32,000 nt of DNA. It comes from Thermoanaerobaculia bacterium (GTDB lineage: Bacteria; Acidobacteriota; Thermoanaerobaculia; Multivoradales; UBA5704). Shown here piece by piece: positions 1 through 8,422 of the stretch; position 1 is the stretch's first letter; the number at the start of each line of letters is the position of its first letter. Where the stretch lies: contig DATFPH010000324.1 in NCBI GenBank assembly GCA_035264905.1, positions 1 to 32,000 of the forward strand. The letters are read 5' to 3'. The position numbers were made by a program, and so were the translations under genes. Under the pieces are notes generated by a model, which searched no databases, had not been told where the DNA came from, and saw nothing but the letters and a program-made list of their open reading frames with translations.

Positions 1-1
1 C

Positions 2-1678
2 TTCCTCTTCACCCTCTGCGGCGGACACATCTCGCCCATCCTGGTCGGCGCCAAGAAGCTCGGCGTCCGGGTCGTGGACGTGCGCCACGAGGTGGACGCC
101 GTCTTCGCCGCCGACGCCGTCTTCCGGCTGACCGGCGTCCCTGGCGTCGCCGCGGTCACCGCCGGGCCGGGCGTCACCAACACGATCACCGCGGTCAAGA
201 ACGCGCAGCTCGCCCAGTCGGCCGTCGTGCTCCTCGGCGGCGCCGCGGCGACCCTGCTCAAAGGGCGCGGCGCGCTCCAGGACATCGATCAGATGTCCCT
301 CATCGCGCCGCACGTGAAGTGGTCCTCCACCGCCGCCACCGTGCGCGAGCTCGTCCCTCTCCTGGAACAGGCCTTCGAGCAAGCCCGCTCCGGCGTGCCC
401 GGCCCCGTTTTCCTCGAATGCCCCATCGACCTTCTCTACGACGAGGAGCTGGTGCGCCAGTGGTACGGCGCCGCCTCCAAAGGAGGCGGGATCGCCGGCA
501 CCGGCATGCGGCTCTACCTGAAACGCCACGCGAACAAGCTGTTCGCCGGGATCGACCGTGCCCGCCCCTCCGAGCCGAAGCCGCCCCGGCCGCCGGCGCC
601 CGAGAAGGGAGACGTACGCCAGGCCGCGGCGAAGCTGCGGAAAGCGAAGAAGCCGGTTTTCGTGCTGGGCAGCCAGACGGTCCTCGATCCTCTGGCCCTG
701 TCGGGGCTCGCCGTCGCGCTCGCCGCGCTCGGCGTTCCGGTCTACCTGGCGGGAGGAGCCCGCGGCCTCCTCGGCCAGGGGCACCGGCTGCAGCTCCGGC
801 ACAAGCGGAAGGAGGCCCTGCGCGAGGCCGACCTGGTCGTCCTCTGCGGTCTTCCGGCCGACTTCCGGCTCGACTACGGCCGCCAGATCAACCGCAAGGC
901 CTTCCTGATCTCGGCCAACCGCAGCGAGGACGACCTGCGCTTGAACCGCAAAGCCGACCTGCCGGTGCACGCCGATCCGGGGCTCTTTCTGCAGCGGCTC
1001 GCCGAGGAGGTGGGGGAGCAGGGGGACCGCTGGAAAGACTGGCTGGAAGGGCTGCGCGCCCGCGATCTCGAACGGGAGCGGGAGATCGCCCGCCAGTCCG
1101 AGCCGCAATCGGACCTGGTCAACCCGCTCCACCTCTGCCGCGAGATCGACCGTCTCCTGGCGTCGGACAGCGTCCTGGTTGCCGACGGCGGCGACTTCGT
1201 GGCGACCGCCTCCTACATCGTGAGCCCGCGCGCGCCGCTCTCCTGGCTCGACCCGGGCGTCTTCGGGACCTTGGGCGTCGGAGGCGGCTTCGCCCTCGGA
1301 GCCCGCCTCTGCCGTCCGGAAGCCGACGTCTGGCTTCTCTGGGGCGACGGCTCCGCCGCCTACAGCCTCGCCGAGTTCGACACCTACGCCCGCCACGGCA
1401 TCCCGGTCATCGCGGTCGTCGGCAACGACGCCGGCTGGACCCAGATCGCCCGCGAGCAGGTCGAGATCCTGAAGGACGACGTGGGGGTCGTCCTCGCCCG
1501 CACCGACTACCACAAAGTCGCCGAAGGCTACGGCGGCCGCGGCCTGGTGATCGAAAGGGATGCGGACGTCCGCACAGTGCTCGAAGAAGCCTTGGCGATC
1601 GCCCGCGCCGGCCAGCCCGTGCTCGTCAACGCCCACTTGGCGAAGACGGAGTTCCGGAAGGGCTCGATTTCGATGTGA
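2..1678 (+). CDS. Thiamine-pyrophosphate-dependent enzyme, acetolactate-synthase-like (5' end upstream of window)
   Basis: The frame is already open at nt 2: [30 protein letters not shown] precedes the ORF-track start at 74. So the gene begins outside the window. Pyr-domain motif [19 protein letters not shown]-terminal TPP-binding GDG...N motif [33 protein letters not shown]. Strong G/C third-position bias. Confidence 0.85.
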   Translation, partial: FLFTLCGGHISPILVGAKKLGVRVVDVRHEVDAVFAADAVFRLTGVPGVAAVTAGPGVTNTITAVKNAQLAQSAVVLLGGAAATLLKGRGALQDIDQMSLIAPHVKWSSTAATVRELVPLLEQAFEQARSGVPGPVFLECPIDLLYDEELVRQWYGAASKGGGIAGTGMRLYLKRHANKLFAGIDRARPSEPKPPRPPAPEKGDVRQAAAKLRKAKKPVFVLGSQTVLDPLALSGLAVALAALGVPVYLAGGARGLLGQGHRLQLRHKRKEALREADLVVLCGLPADFRLDYGRQINRKAFLISANRSEDDLRLNRKADLPVHADPGLFLQRLAEEVGEQGDRWKDWLEGLRARDLEREREIARQSEPQSDLVNPLHLCREIDRLLASDSVLVADGGDFVATASYIVSPRAPLSWLDPGVFGTLGVGGGFALGARLCRPEADVWLLWGDGSAAYSLAEFDTYARHGIPVIAVVGNDAGWTQIAREQVEILKDDVGVVLARTDYHKVAEGYGGRGLVIERDADVRTVLEEALAIARAGQPVLVNAHLAKTEFRKGSISM

Positions 1679-1708
1679 GCCTTGACCGGCTCTGCGATGC
1701 TCCTTAGC

Positions 1709-1945
1709 ATGTCGGACATGGACTACCACGACCGGATCGTCATCGACCCCGAGATCCGCTTCGGGAAACCCACGGTTCGCGGCACCCGCATCACGGTCGG
1801 CGATGTCCTCTCGTATCTGGCCTCAGGGATGAGCGAGGACGAGATCCTTGCGGACTTCCCCTCGCTCACCCGCGAGGACATCCGCGCCTGCCTGGGCTAC
1901 GCCGCCGAGCGGGAGCGCATCCTCTGGAGCGTTCCCGCTGCCTGA
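1709..1945 (+). CDS. DUF433-family small protein (antitoxin-like)
   Basis: ORF 1682..1945. DPEIRFGKPTVRGTRITVGDVLSYLASGMSEDEILADFPSLTREDIRACLGYA is the recognisable DUF433 signature. Start placed at ATG 1709 (MSDMDYHDR); 1682 or 1718 are also possible. No partner toxin ORF is adjacent. Confidence 0.75.
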   Translation: MSDMDYHDRIVIDPEIRFGKPTVRGTRITVGDVLSYLASGMSEDEILADFPSLTREDIRACLGYAAERERILWSVPAA

Positions 1946-3602
1946 GCCCGGCCCGAAGCTCCTGGCCTCTCCTGAGACTTCCGACCGCGAGCGCCGCTTC
2001 CTCTGGTTCCCCCTGGTCGGCTCGGTCTTCGCCGGGATAGGGCTCCGGCTGTGGAACCTGCTCGGGCAGGTCCTCGGCGGCGACGAGCTCCATGCGGTGC
2101 GGGCGGCGGTGGCGCGCACGGTGCCTGAGATCCTCACCACCTATTCGGTGGCCGACTCCTCCCTCCCCCTCACCGCGCTCTACCGCTGGCTGCTCGACCA
2201 CGGCGCGACCCTCTCGGAGCTCGCCTTCCGCGCGCCGTCGATCCTCTGCGGCGCCCTCGCGCTCGTCGTCATCCCGTACTCCTTCGCCGGGCGGGTGCCG
2301 CGCCAGGCGGTTCTGGTCTCCGCCTGGCTCGGGGCCATCTCGCCGGACCTGGTGCTCTACAGCCGCATCGCGCGTTCCTACCTGCCCATGCTTCTCAGCG
2401 GGTTCATCGCGGTCATGGCCTTCGAGGCCTGGTGGCGCACCCGCTCCTGGAAATCGGGGCTCACCTACGTCCTCTGCGGCGCGCTGGCGGTCTGGATCCA
2501 CCTCGGCGCGGCACCTTTCGTGGTGGCGCCGATCCTCTTCGCCCTCGGCGACCTGTTCACGCGGCGCGGCGAGCGTTGGGAACGGCTGCGCGGCCTGGCT
2601 GTGCTCGGTATGGCCTTGGCGCTCGCCTGTGCGGCTTTCCTCCTCCCCGCGCGCGCCTCGCTCGAACGGCTCGTCGCCAAGAAAAGCGTCGAGCAGAGCG
2701 TTCCCCTGAGCACCGTCTGGGACGTCCTCCGCCTCCAGGCCGGGACGCCCTCGCATACCGTCGCCGTCCTCTTCTGGATCGGCGCGCTCGCCGGCCTTGT
2801 CCTCCTCGTCCGCGACCGGCCGCGCTTCGGACTGTTCACGCTGACCATCGCCGCAGGCCACCTGCTGGGGCTGCGCATCCTCTCACCGCTGGGGCTGGAC
2901 CACCCGCTCCTCCTCAACCGCTACATGCTGCCGGTCCTGCCGTTCGTCCTCCTCTGGGTGGCGCACGCGCTCGGCCGGCTGTGGACGCGCAAAGCCGGCG
3001 GCTGCACCGGCTTCGTGGCGCAGCGCTATGCCACGCGCCTCCTGCTGCTGCTTCTCTTCTGGACCGGCCCCTTCCTCTCCCCGGGCTACCGCGACGGCTC
3101 CTTCATGCACCACAACGACTTCGTGGACTTCGTCCATCCGCGGGCCACCTTGCCGGACAATCTCGTGCCGGCGGTCTACCGCGACCTGCCGCGCGGTCCT
3201 GTGCTCGAAGCCCCATGGCCGACCGTCTGGGATCAAGGGCGTGTCTTCTACATCTACCAGGAGATCCACGACCGCCGGGTGCTCGTCTCGGCCCCTTTCG
3301 ACCTGCCGCGCCACCGCGGGATCGACTTCCGCAACGAGGTGCCCCCCGAGCCGCGGGCCCTCCTGGAAAGCCCGGCGCGCACCCTGATCGTCCACCTGCG
3401 CCTCCCCTGGGAAGAAGACCGGGTCCAGGCGCCGGGCCGGCCTCCAGCGCGGCCGATGCGCCTGGACGTCCGCCAGGCCTACCGCCGCGCCGGCGAGCGC
3501 CTCGCCGCTCAGCTCGTCGAAGCCTCGGGACCGCCCGACAAGACGGATGGATTCGTGCGGGTGTGGGATCTGGAGCGGGTGCGGCGAGCCCAATTGCAAT
3601 AG
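1848..3602 (+). CDS. Polytopic membrane protein, GT-C fold glycosyltransferase-like (PMT_2/ArnT-like)
   Basis: 584-aa ORF with many hydrophobic helices. An acidic motif (GGDELHAV) follows the first helix, as in GT-C (family 39/83) enzymes, and there is a large soluble C-terminal part. Start uncertain: the only canonical in-frame start upstream of the first TM helix is TTG 1848, which overlaps the DUF433 gene by 98 nt. Confidence 0.6.
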   Translation: MRTSPRSPARTSAPAWATPPSGSASSGAFPLPEPGPKLLASPETSDRERRFLWFPLVGSVFAGIGLRLWNLLGQVLGGDELHAVRAAVARTVPEILTTYSVADSSLPLTALYRWLLDHGATLSELAFRAPSILCGALALVVIPYSFAGRVPRQAVLVSAWLGAISPDLVLYSRIARSYLPMLLSGFIAVMAFEAWWRTRSWKSGLTYVLCGALAVWIHLGAAPFVVAPILFALGDLFTRRGERWERLRGLAVLGMALALACAAFLLPARASLERLVAKKSVEQSVPLSTVWDVLRLQAGTPSHTVAVLFWIGALAGLVLLVRDRPRFGLFTLTIAAGHLLGLRILSPLGLDHPLLLNRYMLPVLPFVLLWVAHALGRLWTRKAGGCTGFVAQRYATRLLLLLLFWTGPFLSPGYRDGSFMHHNDFVDFVHPRATLPDNLVPAVYRDLPRGPVLEAPWPTVWDQGRVFYIYQEIHDRRVLVSAPFDLPRHRGIDFRNEVPPEPRALLESPARTLIVHLRLPWEEDRVQAPGRPPARPMRLDVRQAYRRAGERLAAQLVEASGPPDKTDGFVRVWDLERVRRAQLQ

Positions 3603-3693
3603 ATCGGGCAACGACCAACGAGTCGCGGAAGCTTGAATCTCCACTTCTGCGGCCCCGATCGGACATGTTCAGGGGTGGGATTCCCTGGAATGC

Positions 3694-4107
3694 TCACTTG
3701 CGTTTCGTGGACTTCTTTCCGCCAGAAATATTGAGAGCGACGGCCTCGCGGATGAGCGCCTTGAACGCATTCGCGTCAATCTCCTCACCCTCGTGAATGT
3801 CGATGGCGCGCCTTACGTTCCCGTCGAGGCTCGAGTTGAAGAGCTTGGCAGGATCTTTCAAGGAAGCGCCCTTGAAGAAGGTCAGCTTCACGATCGACTT
3901 GTATGACTCTCCCGTGCAGATGCCCCCGTCATGAGACCATATCGGGGTCCCCATCCACTTCCACTCTTCCACAACATCAGGGTCGGCCTCCCTGATGAGG
4001 GCGCGCATCCTTGCTAGTGTATCGCCTCTCCAGTCACCCAACTCGGCAATCCTTTCGCTGATTAGTTGGGAGGCCGCCTCGCCTGCTGCCTTTGGTTGAC
4101 TCTTCAT
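3694..4107 (-). CDS. DUF1801 (YdhG-like) domain protein
   Basis: 137-aa ORF. EEWKWMGTPIWSHDGGICTGESYKSIVKLTFFKGASLKDP...IDANAFKALIREAVALN matches the pattern I know for the DUF1801/YdhG family. Confidence 0.7.
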   Translation of the reverse strand: MKSQPKAAGEAASQLISERIAELGDWRGDTLARMRALIREADPDVVEEWKWMGTPIWSHDGGICTGESYKSIVKLTFFKGASLKDPAKLFNSSLDGNVRRAIDIHEGEEIDANAFKALIREAVALNISGGKKSTKRK

Positions 4108-4338
4108 CTTCCTACCTTTCGTTGGGGATAGACCGCATTGCCCACGTTTCGGTTAACCGTCAGCTAGATTCGGGACCACGCAACCGCTCGGCGCAGCCGC
4201 TGAGGAGTAGGGAATGCTCGGAAGAAAACAACCCTGATCAACGTCTCCCTACATTCTGCCGTATCATCGCCGACCTCTGCTCCCCGAGGCGCCGAAGCCT
4301 CTCTATCTCATTGGTTCCACAGGACGATACGAAAGTTT

Positions 4339-4515
4339 CGCATGCTCGTCAACTCGCCGGCTTGTAGCGATATGTACATTGGATGGCGTCTACCGAGGCG
4401 TTCGTCTTATCCGTCATTTGACGATGCCGAAGGCTTGGCAGGAGGGCTTCTCCCCTGTCGATATGCACCAGGCACGCGGGTGCTCCGGGGCTTCTCCGTG
4501 TCGGCGAAGCGGCTT
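4339..4515. repeat. Copy A of a ~178-nt diverged direct repeat (partner at 10886-11063)
   Basis: Hand alignment to copy B, same orientation. First 41 nt are 35/41 identical (cgcatgctcgtcaactcgccggcttgtagcgatatgtacat). Last 29 nt are 26/29 (ggggcttctccgtgtcggcgaagcggctt). The middle is less conserved, with shared blocks ttcgtcttatccgtc and ggag-gcttct-cctgtcg-tatgc. Contains the 8-bp palindrome ATGTACAT at 4372-4379. Confidence 0.8.
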
Positions 4516-4596
4516 CGAGCTGAGGGATCACGGAACTGCGAAGCGCGTGCCTCGCAGGTTCGGTATGACGCACGCTGCGATACGTGACCAGCGCGT

Positions 4597-4960
4597 TCGA
4601 ACAGCTGACGCGTGGGAGGAGCCGAGTCGGGGCTGTCAACGTAGTTGAGGCCCTCGCCAATGGCAACAATCGCGTTGCACGGAGGAAGGAGCGCGCGTCG
4701 TAAAGCGAGCTCTCTACCAGGGTCGCGTCAGGCGCGCATGATGAGGCGAGCTCGAGCATGGCCGCGGATATGTCTATGCCGACCGCATTGTAGCCCGCCT
4801 GTGTAAGCGTGGCCAGAAATGAGCCGCTCCCACACCCCAGCTCAACCACCGTGCCGCTGTGGATTCCTGCCCGACGCAGAGTGGTGAGGATCCACTCTCC
4901 CGCTTGGCGAGAGAGCTCGCCGAAGCCGGCTTCGTCTATGCCAGTTTCCGGTGCTTGAAC
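4597..4960 (-). pseudogene. Class I SAM-dependent methyltransferase remnant (no start codon, frameshifted, C-terminus missing)
   Basis: Minus-strand translation gives IDEAGFGELSRQAGEWILTTLRRAGIHSGTVVELGCGSGSFLATLTQAGYNAVGIDISAAMLELASSCAPDATLVESSLYDA (motif I GCGSG). The homologous continuation LPPCNAIVAIGEGLNYVDSPDS is in another frame; the shift lies in the GCGCGCG run at 4691-4697. Upstream the frame closes at a TGA (4961-4963) with no ATG/GTG/TTG before the ORF-track GTG at 4849. No post-motif-II methyltransferase sequence is recognisable below about 4600. Confidence 0.65.
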
Positions 4961-5697
4961 TCACCGACGACTCCTTGTATGAGCTTGCGGTAAACGCCTG
5001 CACTATCGGATCTGTCAGATGCTGTTGGCTGGGCCGCCTCAAGGAGCGAAGCGAAATCGGCGTACGTGCTAAAGCCGATGTGCATGGTCGCAAGAATCTC
5101 CGCAAAGCGTGGCAGACTCGTGCCGAGACGAGATGGATGCCGGCTCAGAAATAGGCTAAGGTCTGTCTGAGCCGCCGCATTCTTGAGCTCAGCCGGATCG
5201 TCAAATCTTTCCTTCCATTGAGACGCGAAGTCGCCCCTACCCAGAAACCCTAAGTGATGAACCTTCTGGCGACCAGATTCAAGCTCCTCCGCAAGCCCCA
5301 GAAGAACGTACTTTAGGAGCTGGCTAATTCCACTCTTGGCCTCGATCTTCATCTCGATCGCGACAACGTTAGAATCCGACGTGAAGAAGAAATCGGGCTG
5401 GGTCGAGCCCGCCATGCCGTACGCTTCTTCGACACCTCGCCCGTGCATCCGGTGTTCACCGGAAAGGGCTCGGCCGAACAGCAGATTAAAGAACCGAGTG
5501 CGAACTGCCTCCGGCGCGAGCAGGAAGAACATGTTGAGGTTATGGTTCAAGGTTACTTCCATGGCTCGGAGGTGCGACTGGACCTTTTCCAATGAATTGA
5601 GCTTGGAGTCGATGTGCTTCTTCCTCCCGAGATGCTGCGGCTCCCAGTAGAAGAACTCGAGAGATTGATAGTAACTCTCTGTCCAAGAATCCTCCAT
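4936..5697 (-). CDS. PD-(D/E)xK (RecB/Cas4-like fold) nuclease-family protein, stand-alone
   Basis: ORF 4936..5814. Start moved to ATG 5695-5697, which has a strong SD (GGGGAGGG at 5703-5710, 5-nt spacer). Core motif QPDFFFTSDSNVVAIEMKIEAKSGISQLLKY gives D ... E-x-K followed by QxxxY, the classical restriction-endonuclease-like or RecB-family arrangement. Confidence 0.6.
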   Translation of the reverse strand: MEDSWTESYYQSLEFFYWEPQHLGRKKHIDSKLNSLEKVQSHLRAMEVTLNHNLNMFFLLAPEAVRTRFFNLLFGRALSGEHRMHGRGVEEAYGMAGSTQPDFFFTSDSNVVAIEMKIEAKSGISQLLKYVLLGLAEELESGRQKVHHLGFLGRGDFASQWKERFDDPAELKNAAAQTDLSLFLSRHPSRLGTSLPRFAEILATMHIGFSTYADFASLLEAAQPTASDRSDSAGVYRKLIQGVVGEFKHRKLA

Positions 5698-6074
5698 CTC
5701 AGCCCTCCCCCTATTTGTCGCAACCTCATACTCGATCCGGTGCCCGACGCACAACGGACAGGGATGGAGTTGAGCGAGCGGCGAGGTCCGCTCGGCTGGG
5801 TTCGCCGCCCCCACACAGGTCTACTACCGACCAGCGACCGCCCCCACTACCCCGCCCTTGAACAGCTCGAAGCAATACTACAGAAAGAGGTCCGGTATGA
5901 ACAGGCCAGTCGGCTCGCAACCGGCCGGGCTGTTGGGGCTCGGCCCTCCAAGGCAACGCCAGTGCGGAGGCGAAAACGCCAGCCCCTGGCAGAGAGTCGT
6001 GGCCGCCAGTCGCCTCCAGCCCCGAATTCCCCACGAGGTGCCACAAAGACGCGGCTTTGAGTTAGAATGGGTCT

Positions 6075-6293
6075 ATGCGAGTAACTACCGGAAGAGTCGT
6101 CAACGGCAAGATCGAGGTTCCTGACGAGGAGTTGACCGAGGGGATGGTTGTGACCATCTTGGCGCCCGAGGATCAGGGCACCTTCACCCTTGGCCCTGAA
6201 GCGGAGGCCGCCCTCTTGGCCTCGATCGAGGAGGCAGACCGGGGCGAGGTGATTTCGGGAGAAGAGCTCTTACGGGAGCTGCGGCGCGATTGA
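6075..6293 (+). CDS. Type II antitoxin (partner of the ParE-like toxin)
   Basis: 72 aa. Its stop overlaps the downstream toxin start (ATTGA, TTG 6290 / TGA 6291-6293). The C-terminal EAEAALLASIEEADRGEVISGEELLREL is typical of ParE-associated antitoxins. Confidence 0.7.
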   Translation: MRVTTGRVVNGKIEVPDEELTEGMVVTILAPEDQGTFTLGPEAEAALLASIEEADRGEVISGEELLRELRRD

Positions 6294-6601
6294 GTCCGCG
6301 GCTGCCGTTGCAAGTCACTCGCCGGGCCCGCCGCGAGATCCGGGCAGCCTCGGCATGGTGGGACGAAAATCGTCCTGCTGCACCCGACGCTTTCCGGGAT
6401 GCCATCGATAAGACATTCGAGCTAATTTGCACTCAACCGACCATAGGAGCGGTCGCAGCCAATGTCACGCTTCCTGGCGTGCGCCGCATTCTCTTAAGCA
6501 AAATTCAGTACTACCTCTACTATCGTGTAAAGAGCAACCCGCCCACGGTTGAAGTGGTGGCGATCTGGCACACGAGCCGATACCCAGATCTCAACCTTTA
6601 G
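6290..6601 (+). CDS. parE: ParE/RelE-family type II toxin
   Basis: 103 aa. TRRARREIRAASAWWDENRP...FRDAIDKTFELICTQP..G......PGVRRILLSKIQYYLYYRV....VEVVAIWHTSR is the ParE/RelE plasmid-stabilisation pattern. It has a 4-nt overlap with the upstream antitoxin. Confidence 0.8.
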   Translation: MSPRLPLQVTRRARREIRAASAWWDENRPAAPDAFRDAIDKTFELICTQPTIGAVAANVTLPGVRRILLSKIQYYLYYRVKSNPPTVEVVAIWHTSRYPDLNL

Positions 6602-7055
6602 TTCAGTTGAAGACAACCCGAGCCGGAAACTACTTCAGCATCTCCCTCTGTAAAGCTTGGACACGCAGATCCTCTGCTCGTAAATAGCGATCAATCGCCT
6701 CAAGAGCACGCGCAGATAGAAATAGCCGGCCACGTAGGTGAACCTCGCGCCTCACGACATCCTGCAGTTGTTTGCTTGTCTAAAGCAATTTCCTCAGCCG
6801 CTCGTCCTTTTGGCTTTCGGGCAGATCATGCCGCGGAGGATCCTTAAGCTCAAGCTCCCAGACTTCCTCCAGCGCGTCGCGAGCGTCGACCAAAGCTTAA
6901 GCTTAGGTATACGGCCTTCCGGAACTCCCACCGTTGCTGCTCAACCAGAGACCTCGCGAGACTATTGCCTATACTCTGCCGCTAACCTCTAATGCAGTAC
7001 TCCGCCACCGCTCGCGATGAAATCGCGAACACGAAAACAACAACTAACAGCCACG

Positions 7056-7391
7056 TCACCTGTACAGAGAGCTGATCATGACGAATGACATCCATAACGA
7101 AATCAAGCCGGCCAGGCCGGCGACAAGACTCCCTATCGCTCTGTTTATGAAAAGAACGAAACCCAAGATGTACAACAGCACTACGGCGCCAAGCAGACCG
7201 GGCGCCATCAAGATGAGTTTCGGATATCGACCAGGCGGAAACAGAGTTAAGCCAACTAGGACTGAGAAGAGGGCTATCGGAATTCCGGCCAGAAGCAAGA
7301 TCACCCCGTTATCCACATCAGTTGGGCTCTTCAGGAAACGCCCGAACCACTCTCGGTAGGTTTCCGGTTTGTTGGCTGGATCACCACTCAT
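7056..7391 (-). CDS. Small integral membrane protein (about 3 TM), last gene of the TIR cassette
   Basis: ORF 7056..7508 trimmed to ATG 7389-7391 (MSGDPANKPETYREWFGRFLK). The upstream 39 codons cover a GC-rich stem-loop and look non-coding. Hydrophobic helices: GVILLLAGIPIALFSVLVGLTLF, LILMAPGLLGAVVLLYILGFVLFI, IGSLVAGLAGLISLWMSFVMI. Confidence 0.65.
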   Translation of the reverse strand: MSGDPANKPETYREWFGRFLKSPTDVDNGVILLLAGIPIALFSVLVGLTLFPPGRYPKLILMAPGLLGAVVLLYILGFVLFINRAIGSLVAGLAGLISLWMSFVMISSLYR

Positions 7392-7435
7392 GGTCTTCTC
7401 GCTTTGCCTCCTGTGGCGCATAACGTTCCAAAGGT

Positions 7436-7478
7436 GAGCGGCGGGGGGGGCCGCACGAAGTGCGGCATCCGTCCGCTC
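7436..7478 (-). other. GC-rich stem-loop between the TIR-kinase gene and the downstream TM gene
   Basis: Perfect 7-bp stem gccgcac/gtgcggc (7450-7456 / 7460-7466) with a 3-nt loop. It is nested in an outer gagcgg/ccgctc pairing (7436-7441 / 7473-7478). No U-tract follows on the minus strand, so it is not a canonical intrinsic terminator. Function unknown. Confidence 0.4.
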
Positions 7479-7504
7479 GACCGCCTGGGTTGAACGCCAT
7501 ATAC

Positions 7505-8422
7505 TCACTTCTTTGGAAAGCGAACCGTAAACCTGGCCCCTCTAGGTCCACTACTTGTCAAGAGAACCTCCCCACCCTGTGCTGTCATCAAGCGCCGAGC
7601 CAGGTACAACCCAAAGCCACTGCCTGGTTTTGTGGAAGATCCCAAGTTGAATATTGTACTCTCTGAATGAATCGGCACGCCCGGGCCACCGTCGATGACA
7701 TGGCAGGAAATGGCAGTGCCGTCGTCTTGGCACTCGATACGGATCGTACTCTCCACAGGAGATGCATCAATTGCATTCACCGCTAGAGTCATCAAGACTT
7801 GAAATGTAGTGTTGAAAGGGACAGAAACTACAGTATCCTGAGGTACTACGCTCAAGAAATCTAACCTCTTTTTGTTTATGACAGGCCGGAGAAGGCCTTC
7901 GATTCTATCGATTACCTCATGTAGCCGAGAAAACTGCTCACCTTGTGCTCCATTCTTCCCAACCTTACTCTCAGTCTTCACGGCTAAGTTCAAGAATTGA
8001 GCTCTTTGTTGGAGAGCACCCATGAGACGCTCGTACCATCTAGGGTCCGCACGACTGACCCACTGCCACTTACGTAAGCGCTCGGGGACTTCGCATTGAT
8101 CCAACTTAAGAGGGATTACAAACATTGTACCCTCTGGCTGTTCATCTGCCAAGTCCAAGATATATCGAATCTCTTTCTGTATATACCCTACTTTACTCGT
8201 CGAATTCTGTGAAATGCACACCAAGACAATGTCAGAAGTCCGGATAGCCTTCGTAATCTCCAAATGCCAGTCCTGGCCCGGGAGTAAATCCTCCTCATCG
8301 AACCATGGCTCTATTCCATCAGCAAGAAGTTGGCCATAAAGGTCACGCACTACCGGCTTGTCCTGCGAAGAATGGCAAAGAAATACTCGCAGAAGACGCC
8401 TGGGGTCAACCGTTGCAATCAT
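7505..8422 (-). CDS. TIR domain fused to a histidine-kinase core (DHp-like + HATPase_c); no TM or classical sensor domain
   Basis: 305 aa. The TIR_2-like N-terminus is about aa 12-135: RVFLCHSSQDKPVVRDLYGQLLADGIEPWFDEEDLLPGQDW...IRTSDIVLVCISQNSTSKVGYIQKEIRYIL...FVIPLKL. The candidate catalytic Glu is E84. H-box-like FSRLHEVIDRIEGLL (H168). N-box LMTLAVNAIDA, G1 DGGPGV, F/G2 IFNLGSSTKPGSGFGLYLARRL. Typical kinase end GGEVLLTSSGPRGARFTVRFP. Confidence 0.8.
   Translation of the reverse strand: MIATVDPRRLLRVFLCHSSQDKPVVRDLYGQLLADGIEPWFDEEDLLPGQDWHLEITKAIRTSDIVLVCISQNSTSKVGYIQKEIRYILDLADEQPEGTMFVIPLKLDQCEVPERLRKWQWVSRADPRWYERLMGALQQRAQFLNLAVKTESKVGKNGAQGEQFSRLHEVIDRIEGLLRPVINKKRLDFLSVVPQDTVVSVPFNTTFQVLMTLAVNAIDASPVESTIRIECQDDGTAISCHVIDGGPGVPIHSESTIFNLGSSTKPGSGFGLYLARRLMTAQGGEVLLTSSGPRGARFTVRFPKK

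Noticed and set aside
4108-4338. Scanned the island-edge intergenic DNA for a tRNA or tmRNA gene as an integration target.
   Set aside because: No cloverleaf-compatible stems or a GTTCNANNC T-loop motif were recognised by eye. This needs tRNAscan-SE to be certain.
4597-5697. Restriction-modification pair (methyltransferase + PD-(D/E)xK nuclease).
   Set aside because: The methyltransferase remnant shows only the generic class I SAM-binding motif (VVELGCGSG). It has no DNA-methyltransferase catalytic motif (DPPY/NPPY or PC-type) and is truncated and frameshifted. Adjacency alone is insufficient.
7392-7508. GTG 7506-7508 (GTGA overlap with the TIR-kinase stop) as the start of the downstream membrane protein.
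   Set aside because: The extra 39 codons coincide with a GC-rich nested stem-loop (7436-7478) and do not look protein-like. ATG 7389-7391 begins the plausible cytoplasmic N-terminus. Coupled initiation at the GTG cannot be fully excluded.
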